A model generated the notes under the pieces. It made no database searches, was not told the origin of the DNA, and worked only from the letters and a program-made list of their open reading frames with translations. 64,000 nucleotides of DNA, from NCBI GenBank assembly GCA_048938895.1, contig JBHLLU010000003.1, positions 68,331 to 132,330 on the forward strand, given 5' to 3'. A program made the position numbers and the translations under genes. Of the stretch, positions 11,048 to 20,924 are shown in pieces. The DNA is from Promethearchaeota archaeon (lineage in GTDB: Archaea > Asgardarchaeota > Lokiarchaeia > Sigyniarchaeales > SOKP01). The stretch's first letter is position 1, and each line of letters begins with the position of its first letter.

Positions 11048-14000
11048 TAGAACTCTTCACCTCCATTTTTATCAATGTTTTTCCCTATCGGTGATTTCTG
11101 AGTTTTTGAATCAGCGATTCCTAAAGTTTCATTAAGAGACAGCCCAAGTTCTTTCCAATCATCCCCAAATAACTTTGTTATCATCTCTTCTTTAGTAGGA
11201 ATTGAGAGGGACGCTGGAATTTTCTTCTTTGATTTTATATAACCTTTGATTTTCCTGATTTTCTTTATATGTTTAGGAATTCTTGCCTGTTGTATGACCC
11301 TGTATGCGACAACACTTCCCACTACTCCAACGATAGCTGCGGTTATTAGAATAAAGTAGAATGTTGGCATTCCTGGAAAAATTTCTTCCATCTTCACTAC
11401 AACTGTTATTGTTATTTCTTGAGTTGTAAAATTTACCATTTCGATAGTCATTTTACCTACAAGAGTTTTGGATGTGATAAAAGTATCAATATGAGAAGTT
11501 GAAATAGTCGCTGTATATATTCCTGACGAAATCTCTGTAAATGGGAAATCAACACCACCTATGTTTAAAACGACTTGAGCACTCTCTAAATTAATACTTC
11601 CTCGACTAAGGTCTAATAAATTTACTTCAATTTCAGCATCATCTCCTTGATTAACGCTTATATGATTGTTACTTCCTAAACCTGTTATAGAAACATCAAA
11701 TTCTCTTAACTTAATTTTTAAGTTTACAAGGGCAGCTCTAGCTTCATAATTATCCTTTTGAAGATTAACATATAGGTAATAAAAACCAACATTTTTAACT
11801 TCAGTATTAAAATCTAAAGAATAAGTTCCATCAGGGTTTTCATATAATAATCCAAAACCATCTTTTCCTTGCTTAATCGTCCCATTATTATATAATTCTT
11901 GCCATGTATAAATTGCAACATCTAAATCCCGTAAAAGCTGATTTCCTCCTAAAGTATCAGTGTAAGAGTATGTAAAGATTTCAGTATCTTCAACCCATAA
12001 TTCCACTGTATTATAAGCTAAATCTGTAGTTCCATTAATTGCTGTTGGTCTTTCAACGATATCGAGAAAAGTTATTATTGTTTGAGATGTAAAATTTTCT
12101 CTTGATGCTGTAATAGTTATTGGGTATTTACCAACATTTATAGCTAAGGATGTATCAATCGCACAAGAGTAGAATCCAGGATATACAAGATCTTTACTAA
12201 AATATATGGATGGTTGACTGAGCCAATCAAAAGAAACTGTTGCACCATCTAATGGATCATTTGGGGCTATATAAAATCTCACAGTGATATTAATAATTTC
12301 AGTAAATTCTTTTTTATATTCGGATATTACTAGGCGTGTTTCATAATCATATAAGTTTAAGAATGTTGCAGCTGCATTTACTTGTACTTGTTGATAATAA
12401 TTTTCTGGGGGTTCATATCCTGGAATACTTCCATCAACTATAAACCAATATTTCTTAAAATCATTCCCTGCGGACAATTTACTTGAATTAAGAGTAAGAG
12501 AATAATTTTTTAGAACCATTCCTTGATAATTTGGTGTTAAATCTGCTGTTAGTACTACCTTCCCTGTCTCCCAATCTTCTACATAACAAATGAAAGATCC
12601 TTCATCAGGAACAAGATTCCAAATACTACCATCAGTTGTATATGATATATTGATAGTCATATGCAAGTCCCCAATACCCCAAATTGCCTGAGAAATGTCT
12701 GTGATCAATTCGATTTGAGTTTCAATTGTAGGTGGTGGAGGAGCCTCTTCATAATCAAGAATAATTGAAGATTCTTTGGTCAACGTATAATTGTATATAG
12801 AAATTGTTCCAAAAGGCTCCCATTGTTTTGGGGATGTTTCATTAATTTTGAAATCAACGGAATTACCAATTCTTCGAAGTGTTATATTATAGCTATATCC
12901 AATTAGAAAAATAAATGGTTTATAGGTTTCATCATCATGAGAAGCCCATCCATCATCATTAGTAGTCAAAGTTGTAATTAAGTTTGTTCCATTCCAAATT
13001 TTAACACTAACAAAAGGAACTGGATCAAATGAATAAGCATCGTCAATTACTCTAATATTCATTTTAGCCAACGCGTTCTTATTATATATGTTGGTTAATT
13101 CTGTTGTGTTGACTTTGATCAAACCAGTGTGTCCACCAACACGATATCCTTGTATATCAACTAAAATCCCATATACATCATAATTTTCTGCTTTAAGTTC
13201 ATCATTATCAATAGTACCAATATCAAATGATTTGAAAAAATCTGTACTTGACATAGTGAGATTTTGATAAATTACATTATTTATTGTTTGGTTGTTTTTA
13301 TCAATATAGTAAATTGTCATATTATCTATTCGATCTTGCATATTTTCAAGTGTTATATTGAAATTAACCAATTTTTTATGACTAAATTCATCCATCGATC
13401 CCCCTGTATAGATTCGTTCATAAACCCTATAATAATTTCCAGGATCTTGGTCATAGGTATTAAGCGGTAAAGCATGATCATAATATTTCTCGTTTTGTAC
13501 GTAATTAGTTCGGTAAATGAAACTTGAATTCAAAAGGAAATCATTGATACTATATTTTGTATTATAAAAATAAACTTCATAATAGTAAAATGATGCATTG
13601 TTCCATTGAAACCTTGCGGTCCCATTAACTAGAGAAATCTTTTTCAAAAGAGTCCCTTCCTTATCATCAAAAATTTTAATATATCCATCACCTAAAAGAT
13701 CATCATCCCAATCTACTATCTCAAAATCTATCGTCCAAATATCTACATCTAAAATAAACGTGTGAGATAAATCAGATACATTATATAAATTCCATTTAGA
13801 CGTCCCAAAATTATCTCTTGTACTATTGAATACTACATTTTCATAGCTGGGAGTAAATATATAATCCACAGTGAAATTATATATCCCAAAATTTAGATTT
13901 GTAAAAATAGTTTTTCCAGATTCATCTGTAGTTTGCTGTTTTATAATATTACTGTCTTGTACTAGTGATACTTTAGCATTTGACACAATTCTGCCATCAA

Positions 14001-15381
14001 TATCTCTTACAATGATGGTTATGTCAGATTTTTGTGACTGAACTTCATTTAATACAACGATTATTTCATCATTATAAGTAAATTCAACATCATCTATTTG
14101 GGCAAATCCAGTATCATAATTCCCAGCTGCTGAATTTTCATCTCCATACATTCCAATCTCTAATGAGATATTTTGGCCCATATAATTACTGAGATCAAAA
14201 GTTACAAATCCAGTTAATTCCCCTATATCAGTATCGAATGTTCCAGTTGTTGATGCTCCACCAAGAGTATAATTTTGTAATGAGTATCCTCCCTTATTAT
14301 TATGAGTAATTCCTTTAAAATACTCTAAATACTCACCATTTTGTTGGTGTAGATCAGGATCAACTGGTATACTAGGTGTAGCATTAATAACTCTAACAAA
14401 ATATCCATCATTCCAAGCTTTACTCTCGCTTCCATCAAATCCCCATATTCTTACATTTTGCCAAAGTTTCAGAAAAATTTTACCACTACCATCATTTACA
14501 ACTGGAACGACAAAAGGATCTGTATATAAAACTCCAGCAAATTGGTCATCATTACCAACAGTGTCAGTTATAGAAGTCTGATTAGAACCCCATTTGTATG
14601 TATATGTTCCTCTTACTTGTACATCACCAGCAGGAGTGTCAACCAAACAATTTTGCCACCATTCAGTTGCTTGATCTTCTGTCTGTGAATCTTCTCCCAC
14701 TAATGGAAGTCTAGGGGCGATATCATCGGGTACGTCATCAGACCATGTCCAACCCACAGGGTTATAATAATGAGGAACAGATGAAGGATCTCCTGTTGGG
14801 TCATCTCCACTAGGGACATATTCAAAAGCTCCATTCTTAACTAATCCAAGACCATATTCTACTGCCGTACTTTCTACATTCATATTACCAAAATATATAT
14901 ATGTATCAATCTGAGGATTGCTAGAAGATGTAAGATTTGTATTGAAATATATTGTTGCTTTGCCTGGTGAGGATACAAAACCATCAAAATCCTGAAAAAT
15001 AAAAAAATCTCTCTCAAAAGGCTCATTATTTTTATATTCAATGACTCTAATATCTTTTAATGTGTCGTTTACTTTATTTAGATACTCACCACTCCCATAA
15101 GATATGACTACACTAACACCATAGTTATCTAATTTAACCCCTGCTTGATTTGTTATGTTAATTAATGTCCTATAGGGCCAATTTGAATCCCACCAAGGAT
15201 GAACACCTGAACTACTTAGCTCTAGGTCAATATCCTCTATACTATCTTCCACTGTTGTGTCATAAAAGGTTCCAGTAGAGGAGAAATTCATTAGATAGAC
15301 TGGAAAAAGTATCATCAACAATAATATTGAAAGACATGCCGCTTTTTTTAATCTTAGTGCTCTTTTATGTCTAACTATCAT
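11047..15381 (-). CDS. Large single-pass surface protein with DUF2341-like domain, Ig-like repeats, C-terminal TM and conserved cytoplasmic tail (copy 2)
   Basis: WWDSNWPYRTLINITN...DIRVIE...YIYFGN. TM MPTFYFILITAAIVGVVGSVVAY followed by QQARIPK. Start placed at ATG 15381 (MIVRHKR + hydrophobic stretch); the ORF track start at 15534 lies in very AT-rich DNA. Confidence 0.8.
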   Translation of the reverse strand: MIVRHKRALRLKKAACLSILLLMILFPVYLMNFSSTGTFYDTTVEDSIEDIDLELSSSGVHPWWDSNWPYRTLINITNQAGVKLDNYGVSVVISYGSGEYLNKVNDTLKDIRVIEYKNNEPFERDFFIFQDFDGFVSSPGKATIYFNTNLTSSSNPQIDTYIYFGNMNVESTAVEYGLGLVKNGAFEYVPSGDDPTGDPSSVPHYYNPVGWTWSDDVPDDIAPRLPLVGEDSQTEDQATEWWQNCLVDTPAGDVQVRGTYTYKWGSNQTSITDTVGNDDQFAGVLYTDPFVVPVVNDGSGKIFLKLWQNVRIWGFDGSESKAWNDGYFVRVINATPSIPVDPDLHQQNGEYLEYFKGITHNNKGGYSLQNYTLGGASTTGTFDTDIGELTGFVTFDLSNYMGQNISLEIGMYGDENSAAGNYDTGFAQIDDVEFTYNDEIIVVLNEVQSQKSDITIIVRDIDGRIVSNAKVSLVQDSNIIKQQTTDESGKTIFTNLNFGIYNFTVDYIFTPSYENVVFNSTRDNFGTSKWNLYNVSDLSHTFILDVDIWTIDFEIVDWDDDLLGDGYIKIFDDKEGTLLKKISLVNGTARFQWNNASFYYYEVYFYNTKYSINDFLLNSSFIYRTNYVQNEKYYDHALPLNTYDQDPGNYYRVYERIYTGGSMDEFSHKKLVNFNITLENMQDRIDNMTIYYIDKNNQTINNVIYQNLTMSSTDFFKSFDIGTIDNDELKAENYDVYGILVDIQGYRVGGHTGLIKVNTTELTNIYNKNALAKMNIRVIDDAYSFDPVPFVSVKIWNGTNLITTLTTNDDGWASHDDETYKPFIFLIGYSYNITLRRIGNSVDFKINETSPKQWEPFGTISIYNYTLTKESSIILDYEEAPPPPTIETQIELITDISQAIWGIGDLHMTINISYTTDGSIWNLVPDEGSFICYVEDWETGKVVLTADLTPNYQGMVLKNYSLTLNSSKLSAGNDFKKYWFIVDGSIPGYEPPENYYQQVQVNAAATFLNLYDYETRLVISEYKKEFTEIINITVRFYIAPNDPLDGATVSFDWLSQPSIYFSKDLVYPGFYSCAIDTSLAINVGKYPITITASRENFTSQTIITFLDIVERPTAINGTTDLAYNTVELWVEDTEIFTYSYTDTLGGNQLLRDLDVAIYTWQELYNNGTIKQGKDGFGLLYENPDGTYSLDFNTEVKNVGFYYLYVNLQKDNYEARAALVNLKIKLREFDVSITGLGSNNHISVNQGDDAEIEVNLLDLSRGSINLESAQVVLNIGGVDFPFTEISSGIYTATISTSHIDTFITSKTLVGKMTIEMVNFTTQEITITVVVKMEEIFPGMPTFYFILITAAIVGVVGSVVAYRVIQQARIPKHIKKIRKIKGYIKSKKKIPASLSIPTKEEMITKLFGDDWKELGLSLNETLGIADSKTQKSPIGKNIDKNGGEEF

Positions 15382-15631
15382 AAAATCATCTTTATCCAAT
15401 TTTGTTTTATTTAAAATTTTTAAAACTAATATAAAAGAAGTCAAATAAAATATTTTGTTTATGAATAACCTAATCATGATAAAAAACATTGAATAACGAT
15501 CAATAGAAGAAAAAAAATTAATCAAATTTAACATTTAAAACTACGATTAAAATTATGTGGACATTAAAACATTTATTTTTCGTAGAAAAAAGTTGAAAAA
15601 TTGGCATCCAGCTTGCTGATAATAATGAAAA

Positions 15632-16276
15632 TTACATTATCTCTGGCTTTTTTTCAAGAACTAGAAATATTCTCCTTTTTCTGGGATTCTGTGGATTGTC
15701 AATAATATATTGACCTTCAAAATTTGTATTTTCTGCAACAATTTTGCCAATAGTATCCATTATCTCGTCATTTTTAGGGTAAAATTGTATTACTGCATTG
15801 GAATTAGACCTCAGAATCGAATAGAATAATGTAATAAGATTTATTAGGTCTATTCTCATATTTTTATTTGTAATATCTTTAAAAATCCATTGTAATGCCG
15901 AGATTGAAACAATACCATCAAAAGTGTTTGGCTTAAACGGAGCTAGGCACATATCTGCGTTAATTGGGTTTAAATCGTTTATTTCATAATGATGCAAAAA
16001 ATTAAAAATAATATCAAGTCCAACAACTCTATATCCCATCTCCTTTAACAACATTGATGCAAATCCTGGTCCACAACCAGCATCTAAAATTAATGGGACC
16101 TTAATTGAAAAATTCATTAATTCTAAAGCTCTTAGTGTAATTTTTTGTTGAATTTTCCTCATGCTTTTAGAATTCGCATATTGGTTTAAGATGTCTCCAT
16201 TAAAATATTCTGAGGCTTTCTCGTAGATTTCCTCTGGTCTTTTTATCTTTACATCAAATTTAAATTCGTTGTTCAA
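15632..16276 (-). CDS. Bud23/WBSCR22-like SSU rRNA (guanine-N7) methyltransferase
   Basis: RPE, IQ..IT.RALEL, ILDAGCGPG, FDGIVSISALQW, QFYP.N, IID.P...KRRIFLVL all match Bud23 motifs. Confidence 0.75.
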   Translation of the reverse strand: MNNEFKFDVKIKRPEEIYEKASEYFNGDILNQYANSKSMRKIQQKITLRALELMNFSIKVPLILDAGCGPGFASMLLKEMGYRVVGLDIIFNFLHHYEINDLNPINADMCLAPFKPNTFDGIVSISALQWIFKDITNKNMRIDLINLITLFYSILRSNSNAVIQFYPKNDEIMDTIGKIVAENTNFEGQYIIDNPQNPRKRRIFLVLEKKPEIM

Positions 16277-16430
16277 GTTTATAATTGATTTATTTTTTTA
16301 TTTGATTAAATTATTAGATACAGTTTAATAAAATTTATATAACAAACCAAAAATTTTATTTAATTCTAAATATTTATATTTTCATTCTATTTTAATTTTT
16401 AATAGTTTGACTCATTATTAGTATTCTATT

Positions 16431-16730
16431 ATGTCAGAGAAAGAAGAAAAACTCTTAGTTCGAAAGGCTACAATAAATCTTAGGAGAAAATATGGAAGAA
16501 CTAAACAGATTAATGTAGTTGAAAGAGATGCTTACATCCCAAAGGGCATTGAAAAGGAAATACGAGAATCAATTTCAAAGAAGAAAACAATTTTAGCAAC
16601 TGATATCGCATTAAAATTTGATATTAGGATTTCAACAGCAAAAATTCTTCTGAAACAATATGAAGAAGAAGGATTGATAAAACTTCTGGATCCTTCCTTA
16701 AAATTAAAGATATATGTTCCTGCTTCTTAA
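16431..16730 (+). CDS. rps25e: Ribosomal protein eS25 (S25e)
   Basis: Basic 99 aa protein with winged helix ILATDIALKFDIRISTAKILLKQYEEEGLIK...KIY. Confidence 0.7.
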   Translation: MSEKEEKLLVRKATINLRRKYGRTKQINVVERDAYIPKGIEKEIRESISKKKTILATDIALKFDIRISTAKILLKQYEEEGLIKLLDPSLKLKIYVPAS

Positions 16731-16844
16731 ATTTTTGATAAAACTCTTATTTGATATTGCAGTCTGTTGAATTTATTACGTTCTTAGAAGAAAGAATTTT
16801 AAAAATATAATTGCTTAACTTCTATAGATAATTTTGATAAATTA

Positions 16845-16927
16845 GCAGATGTAGCCTAGCTGGTAAGACGCCGGCTTCGAGAGCCGGTGCGCATAAGCGC
16901 TCGGGGGTTCGAATCCCTCCATCTGCG
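16845..16927 (+). tRNA. tRNA-Ser (anticodon CGA)
   Basis: Acceptor GCAGATG/CATCTGC, anticodon arm CCGGC-TTCGAGA-GCCGG, long variable arm GCGC-ATAA-GCGC, T loop GGTTCGAATCC, discriminator G. CCA is not encoded. Confidence 0.95.
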
Positions 16928-17000
16928 TATATAATAATTAGTAATATAAGTGATTCTGCTACATAAAAATCATTTATATAAGGTAAAACAAGATTATTTA

Positions 17001-17939
17001 TTATTGAATAATCTGTAATATTAAATTTTCCATTTGAGGTTTAGCTGCTTCGATTTTATCCAAAATTGTTACTGTCTTTTGTAAATCTTCATCCTCATCA
17101 ATAATGAAGAGTAAGAAAAAGTCAATATTACCAAATTTGAGTACTTCAATAACGCCAGAAAATCGTTCCCCATTGTCAAAAACATCAGAAAATTCATATA
17201 GAGTTCTGTTCTCTGCAACGACGCGTTTTTGAAGTTCTAAATAAATTCCGTAAATTTTAATCTTTTGCATTAATTGTAGGTGTGGTCGATAATGCTCTCC
17301 AAGTGTTATTCCTTTAGAATCGAATAACGAAATTAGAATTGTATTATAATTTTTACTAATTTCCGCAAATAAATTAGAAACCATTTCGATTTTTTCGAAA
17401 AGCATTGATAATCCGCTAGAAAATGCATCCATGATGGATTTGATATCAAAGATTGTCGTTTCAAAGAAGAAGATACTAAAATCGTTTGAATATCTTGTTA
17501 AAGCTTGTTTTAAAGTAAGGATTCTTTTATTTATCTCTACGTCATCTACAAGTTGAGGATCGAATTTATGAAAAAGAATTGCAACCATTACATCTTCTTG
17601 ATGCTCTTTGAAAAACAATAATATCTCTTCTAAATAATCTATTGATTCAATGTACCTATCAAAATCTTGAGCATCAATAACGTAAAAAATCAAGTCTATC
17701 CCACTCAAAAATTTCTCGGGATGCTTCAAATAATCCTCCCGATAGATTCGCTGACCACCAAAATCTAATCTTGAAAATTCTAATCCCAAAAATCTAAAGG
17801 TATCTCGGGCAATTCTTCTCGTTGGCATTAATTTTGCTACTTCTTCTTCAAATCCAAACCGTTTTGTTATTGCTGTTATTATACTGGTCTTACCTGCATT
17901 ATCGAGACCTATGAAAGCTAGCTTCTTAAAAAGAATCAC
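17001..17939 (-). CDS. Rag/Arf-like GTPase with C-terminal roadblock/longin-like domain
   Basis: GLDNAGKT, PT, DFGGQ, HKFD (Rag-type G4), ETTI. C-terminal ILISLFDSKGITLG. Confidence 0.85.
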   Translation of the reverse strand: MILFKKLAFIGLDNAGKTSIITAITKRFGFEEEVAKLMPTRRIARDTFRFLGLEFSRLDFGGQRIYREDYLKHPEKFLSGIDLIFYVIDAQDFDRYIESIDYLEEILLFFKEHQEDVMVAILFHKFDPQLVDDVEINKRILTLKQALTRYSNDFSIFFFETTIFDIKSIMDAFSSGLSMLFEKIEMVSNLFAEISKNYNTILISLFDSKGITLGEHYRPHLQLMQKIKIYGIYLELQKRVVAENRTLYEFSDVFDNGERFSGVIEVLKFGNIDFFLLFIIDEDEDLQKTVTILDKIEAAKPQMENLILQIIQ

Positions 17940-18216
17940 CTTTGAATGCTATAATGATATTATAATATTTATTTTATTTAAGTCTGAGTTTAAATAAAAG
18001 ATGACAATTAAAAATCTTTTGGGTTTAAAGGCTTAATAGCATTACTTTAACTTAGTTAGAAAACATTTAATTAAAAGAAAAACAAATTAAGAGGAAATAG
18101 AATACAAAGTATAAATGTATCGGATTTAAATCCATTAGAAGTCTATGATTCTTTTATGTTTAAGCTAAATGTTTCAAAAAGCAATATGTCTGCCCTGTAA
18201 TTAGCTTAAACAGCAA

Positions 18217-18498
18217 TTATCCCCCCGCTAGAGCAAACGATAAGTATATTTCATCATTATCGTTAAGTTTTGTCTTATAGTCTTTTAAGTATTTAATGTT
18301 CCTACCATTTAAAAGAATTAGAATCTGAGGATTTAAATGTTTTCTACTTTTATCTAATAATTCCTCTCCAAGCATTTCTTTATACTCCCCTAAAAATTGA
18401 TTCATTATATCTCCAATAGTTTTACCTTCATATTCTACGAATTTCTTATTGATTCTCAGCTGAAAAATATTTAATAAATGTAGTTTAATTTTAGCCAT
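18217..18498 (-). CDS. MoaD/ThiS/SAMP ubiquitin-like protein
   Basis: ILILLNGRNI...L.D.DEI and C-terminal AGG. Confidence 0.9.
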   Translation of the reverse strand: MAKIKLHLLNIFQLRINKKFVEYEGKTIGDIMNQFLGEYKEMLGEELLDKSRKHLNPQILILLNGRNIKYLKDYKTKLNDNDEIYLSFALAGG

Positions 18499-18584
18499 GA
18501 AATTATTTCGTTTTAAGAATTTTGAATATTTTTATAAACAAAAAATGCCTTTTAAGTTTATTTTTTATGTTATGAAAATTTGAT

Positions 18585-20180
18585 TCAGATAAAAATATCG
18601 ATGTTATACGTACCCACAGTTTTTATTTGGCCTGTTTTTAGATTATGTTCTTTCAATATAACATACCCTTCTTTATAGATTTCAATTTCAATGAAAGCTT
18701 TATCAAATCTTTCTGTACTAAGATTTCCACCATTTGAAAAAACTGTACTGTCAATTTTGACATTAAATGCTATACTTGGTGTACTGTTCAAACATAGATC
18801 TATTTGAGAACGAGCGAATTGAGAGAGAACATCTCCAGAATCAGTTAATTCGGTTCTCCATACACTTAAAGGAGTAGGAATTAAACTATGAAAACAGCAA
18901 ACACCAAATATTTTTTGATGGCTAAGGTTCAAAACTTTTTCAATAAATATATTCATTTTATTACGACCTATAAATCCCTCAGTAGAATCTCGAGTGGTTG
19001 AATTTAACCCTTGAAAAAAAATTTTCTCATTTTCATAAAGTGGATTATAATCCCCAAAATATCGCTTCCAGTGTTGCCAAGCAGGTGGTATGGAATCAGT
19101 ATATCCTGGTACAACCAAAAAAGGGTATATTAAATTGTCCATTTTTTGCCTAGCCAAAGCAAATTCTTCTTTGTAACTGTTTCTGGTAACATTTCCCGCA
19201 TGTACTACCAAATCAACATCGTTAATATTGTTTATTAGCCCAATTACTTTATCTAAATTAGTCTTCTCATTTTCTGATTCAGCTTTAATTAATGAATGTG
19301 AAAATTGTATAAATCTACATAAAGGTTTTTTACCTTTTTTAATATCTAATGGAAGGTAATATTTTACTTCACGTTGAATTTCTTGCTTAGAATTAGAATC
19401 TAATATGGGAATTACCTGAAATTTGAGCTTATTCCCCTCTATATCTATAATAGCATAAGTAAACAGATCACGATATCGGGTTTTATTACAACAAAATGTA
19501 CCTGCATTAAAGATATATAAATCTTTTTCACTACTACTTAAAGTATATAAATTTGAAGTATGACGATGTCCATTTAAAACTAAATCTGCTTTCGCTTCCA
19601 AAAGCATTTTAAGCATATCTCCTGAATCATCAATAGCAGACCTTTCTTTTCCTGTATTAGGAATTGGGATAAGTTGATGGTGAAAACATACTATTTTAAA
19701 TTTATTTTCTCTTTCTTTTTTGATTAATTCTTCTCGAACTAATTCGATAATATTATGATGAATAATTCCCCCTGGTAAGTCTGGTTTAGTACTATCAATT
19801 CCAATGACAAACAACTCATCATCTTCATACTCATAATGCCTTCTTCCAATCATTTCTTCAAACAAGAGGTATCCGACGTTCATAGCATCATGATTACCAA
19901 TTAAAACCATCAAGGGGCATTTGGATTCAGGTTGGAACTTCTTAAATTGCTCTAATGTAAATTCATATTCTAATAATGTACCATTTTGAGTAATATCACC
20001 TAAATGTAGAAATAAATCAACATCTTCTATTTTATTTATTTGCTCTATACCTAAATTAAAGGTATGTAAGTTAAAGGGCCCTCCTGACTTGCTAATGTGC
20101 GTATCAGAAATAATTACAAGTCTTTTCTTGGTTTCAATATCTCTATTTGGGTCCAATTTCATACTTTTTTCAGTAATCAT
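18585..20180 (-). CDS. Tandem metallophosphoesterase (second domain degenerate)
   Basis: Domain 1 has SDTH, GDIT, GNHD, HH, GHRH. Domain 2 has FSHS, AGNVT, PGYTD, FHS, NSTP. Confidence 0.85.
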   Translation of the reverse strand: MITEKSMKLDPNRDIETKKRLVIISDTHISKSGGPFNLHTFNLGIEQINKIEDVDLFLHLGDITQNGTLLEYEFTLEQFKKFQPESKCPLMVLIGNHDAMNVGYLLFEEMIGRRHYEYEDDELFVIGIDSTKPDLPGGIIHHNIIELVREELIKKERENKFKIVCFHHQLIPIPNTGKERSAIDDSGDMLKMLLEAKADLVLNGHRHTSNLYTLSSSEKDLYIFNAGTFCCNKTRYRDLFTYAIIDIEGNKLKFQVIPILDSNSKQEIQREVKYYLPLDIKKGKKPLCRFIQFSHSLIKAESENEKTNLDKVIGLINNINDVDLVVHAGNVTRNSYKEEFALARQKMDNLIYPFLVVPGYTDSIPPAWQHWKRYFGDYNPLYENEKIFFQGLNSTTRDSTEGFIGRNKMNIFIEKVLNLSHQKIFGVCCFHSLIPTPLSVWRTELTDSGDVLSQFARSQIDLCLNSTPSIAFNVKIDSTVFSNGGNLSTERFDKAFIEIEIYKEGYVILKEHNLKTGQIKTVGTYNIDIFI

Positions 20181-20186
20181 TTCTCT

Positions 20187-20924
20187 TCAATCTTCTTTCA
20201 ATTTTGCAGGATGACCTAAATAAATAGAATTTTCTTTCAATACATCATTAAAATTTGTATAGGAATGCGCAGACAATTTTACGCCTTTTTTTAGATGAGT
20301 ACCTGGTAATAGAACACATTTAGCCCCAATTAATGCATTATCTTCTACTCGAATCTTCTTCAATATAAACTTATCCTGTTCAATTCCAAAACTAATAAGT
20401 GTACTTCCCATACCAATAATAACATTATTACCGATTTCCACGAACTCCGAAGAAATCCAACAAGTGTCACATATAGAATGTTTACCAATTTTTACTCCAA
20501 AAAATCTAAGAGTAAAACGATTTCTCATCCATGGGAATGGATTGGATGAAGAAATAAATAATGCCCATTTTTTAGTAAGATTTCTCAAATTCCAATATAA
20601 ATAATCTTTATCTTTAATATCTCTGGAAAAAATACCTTCCTTTGGAGGGAATAATAAATTAATAAACGTTAAGAACAATTTAGAAAATAAAATTGCAGTC
20701 ATTTGAAGCAGGTAAATGAAAATAATGACATTTAATGGAAGTAGAATAAAGAAAAGAAAGACTAAACTATCCTTCCATAAATAAAGGATATATAAGTATT
20801 CAAAAAATGAGCATGGAATAAAACTGAGCATTATTATAATTAAATAAATAATTAGATATTTATTCCTTATTTTCTCATCTATTGGTGTCGGGGATTCCCC
20901 TTTCAAACTCGCGGGTTGAAACAT
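20187..20924 (-). CDS. Membrane protein with hexapeptide-repeat (LbH) acyltransferase-like domain
   Basis: Two TM helices, PPKEG, FFGVKIGKH, VEIGNNVIIG, ALIGAKCVLLPG, GHPAK. Confidence 0.8.
   Translation of the reverse strand: MFQPASLKGESPTPIDEKIRNKYLIIYLIIIMLSFIPCSFFEYLYILYLWKDSLVFLFFILLPLNVIIFIYLLQMTAILFSKLFLTFINLLFPPKEGIFSRDIKDKDYLYWNLRNLTKKWALFISSSNPFPWMRNRFTLRFFGVKIGKHSICDTCWISSEFVEIGNNVIIGMGSTLISFGIEQDKFILKKIRVEDNALIGAKCVLLPGTHLKKGVKLSAHSYTNFNDVLKENSIYLGHPAKLKED

Noticed and set aside
16845-16927. tRNA-Sec
   Set aside because: Anticodon is CGA, not TCA, and the acceptor stem is a normal 7 bp.
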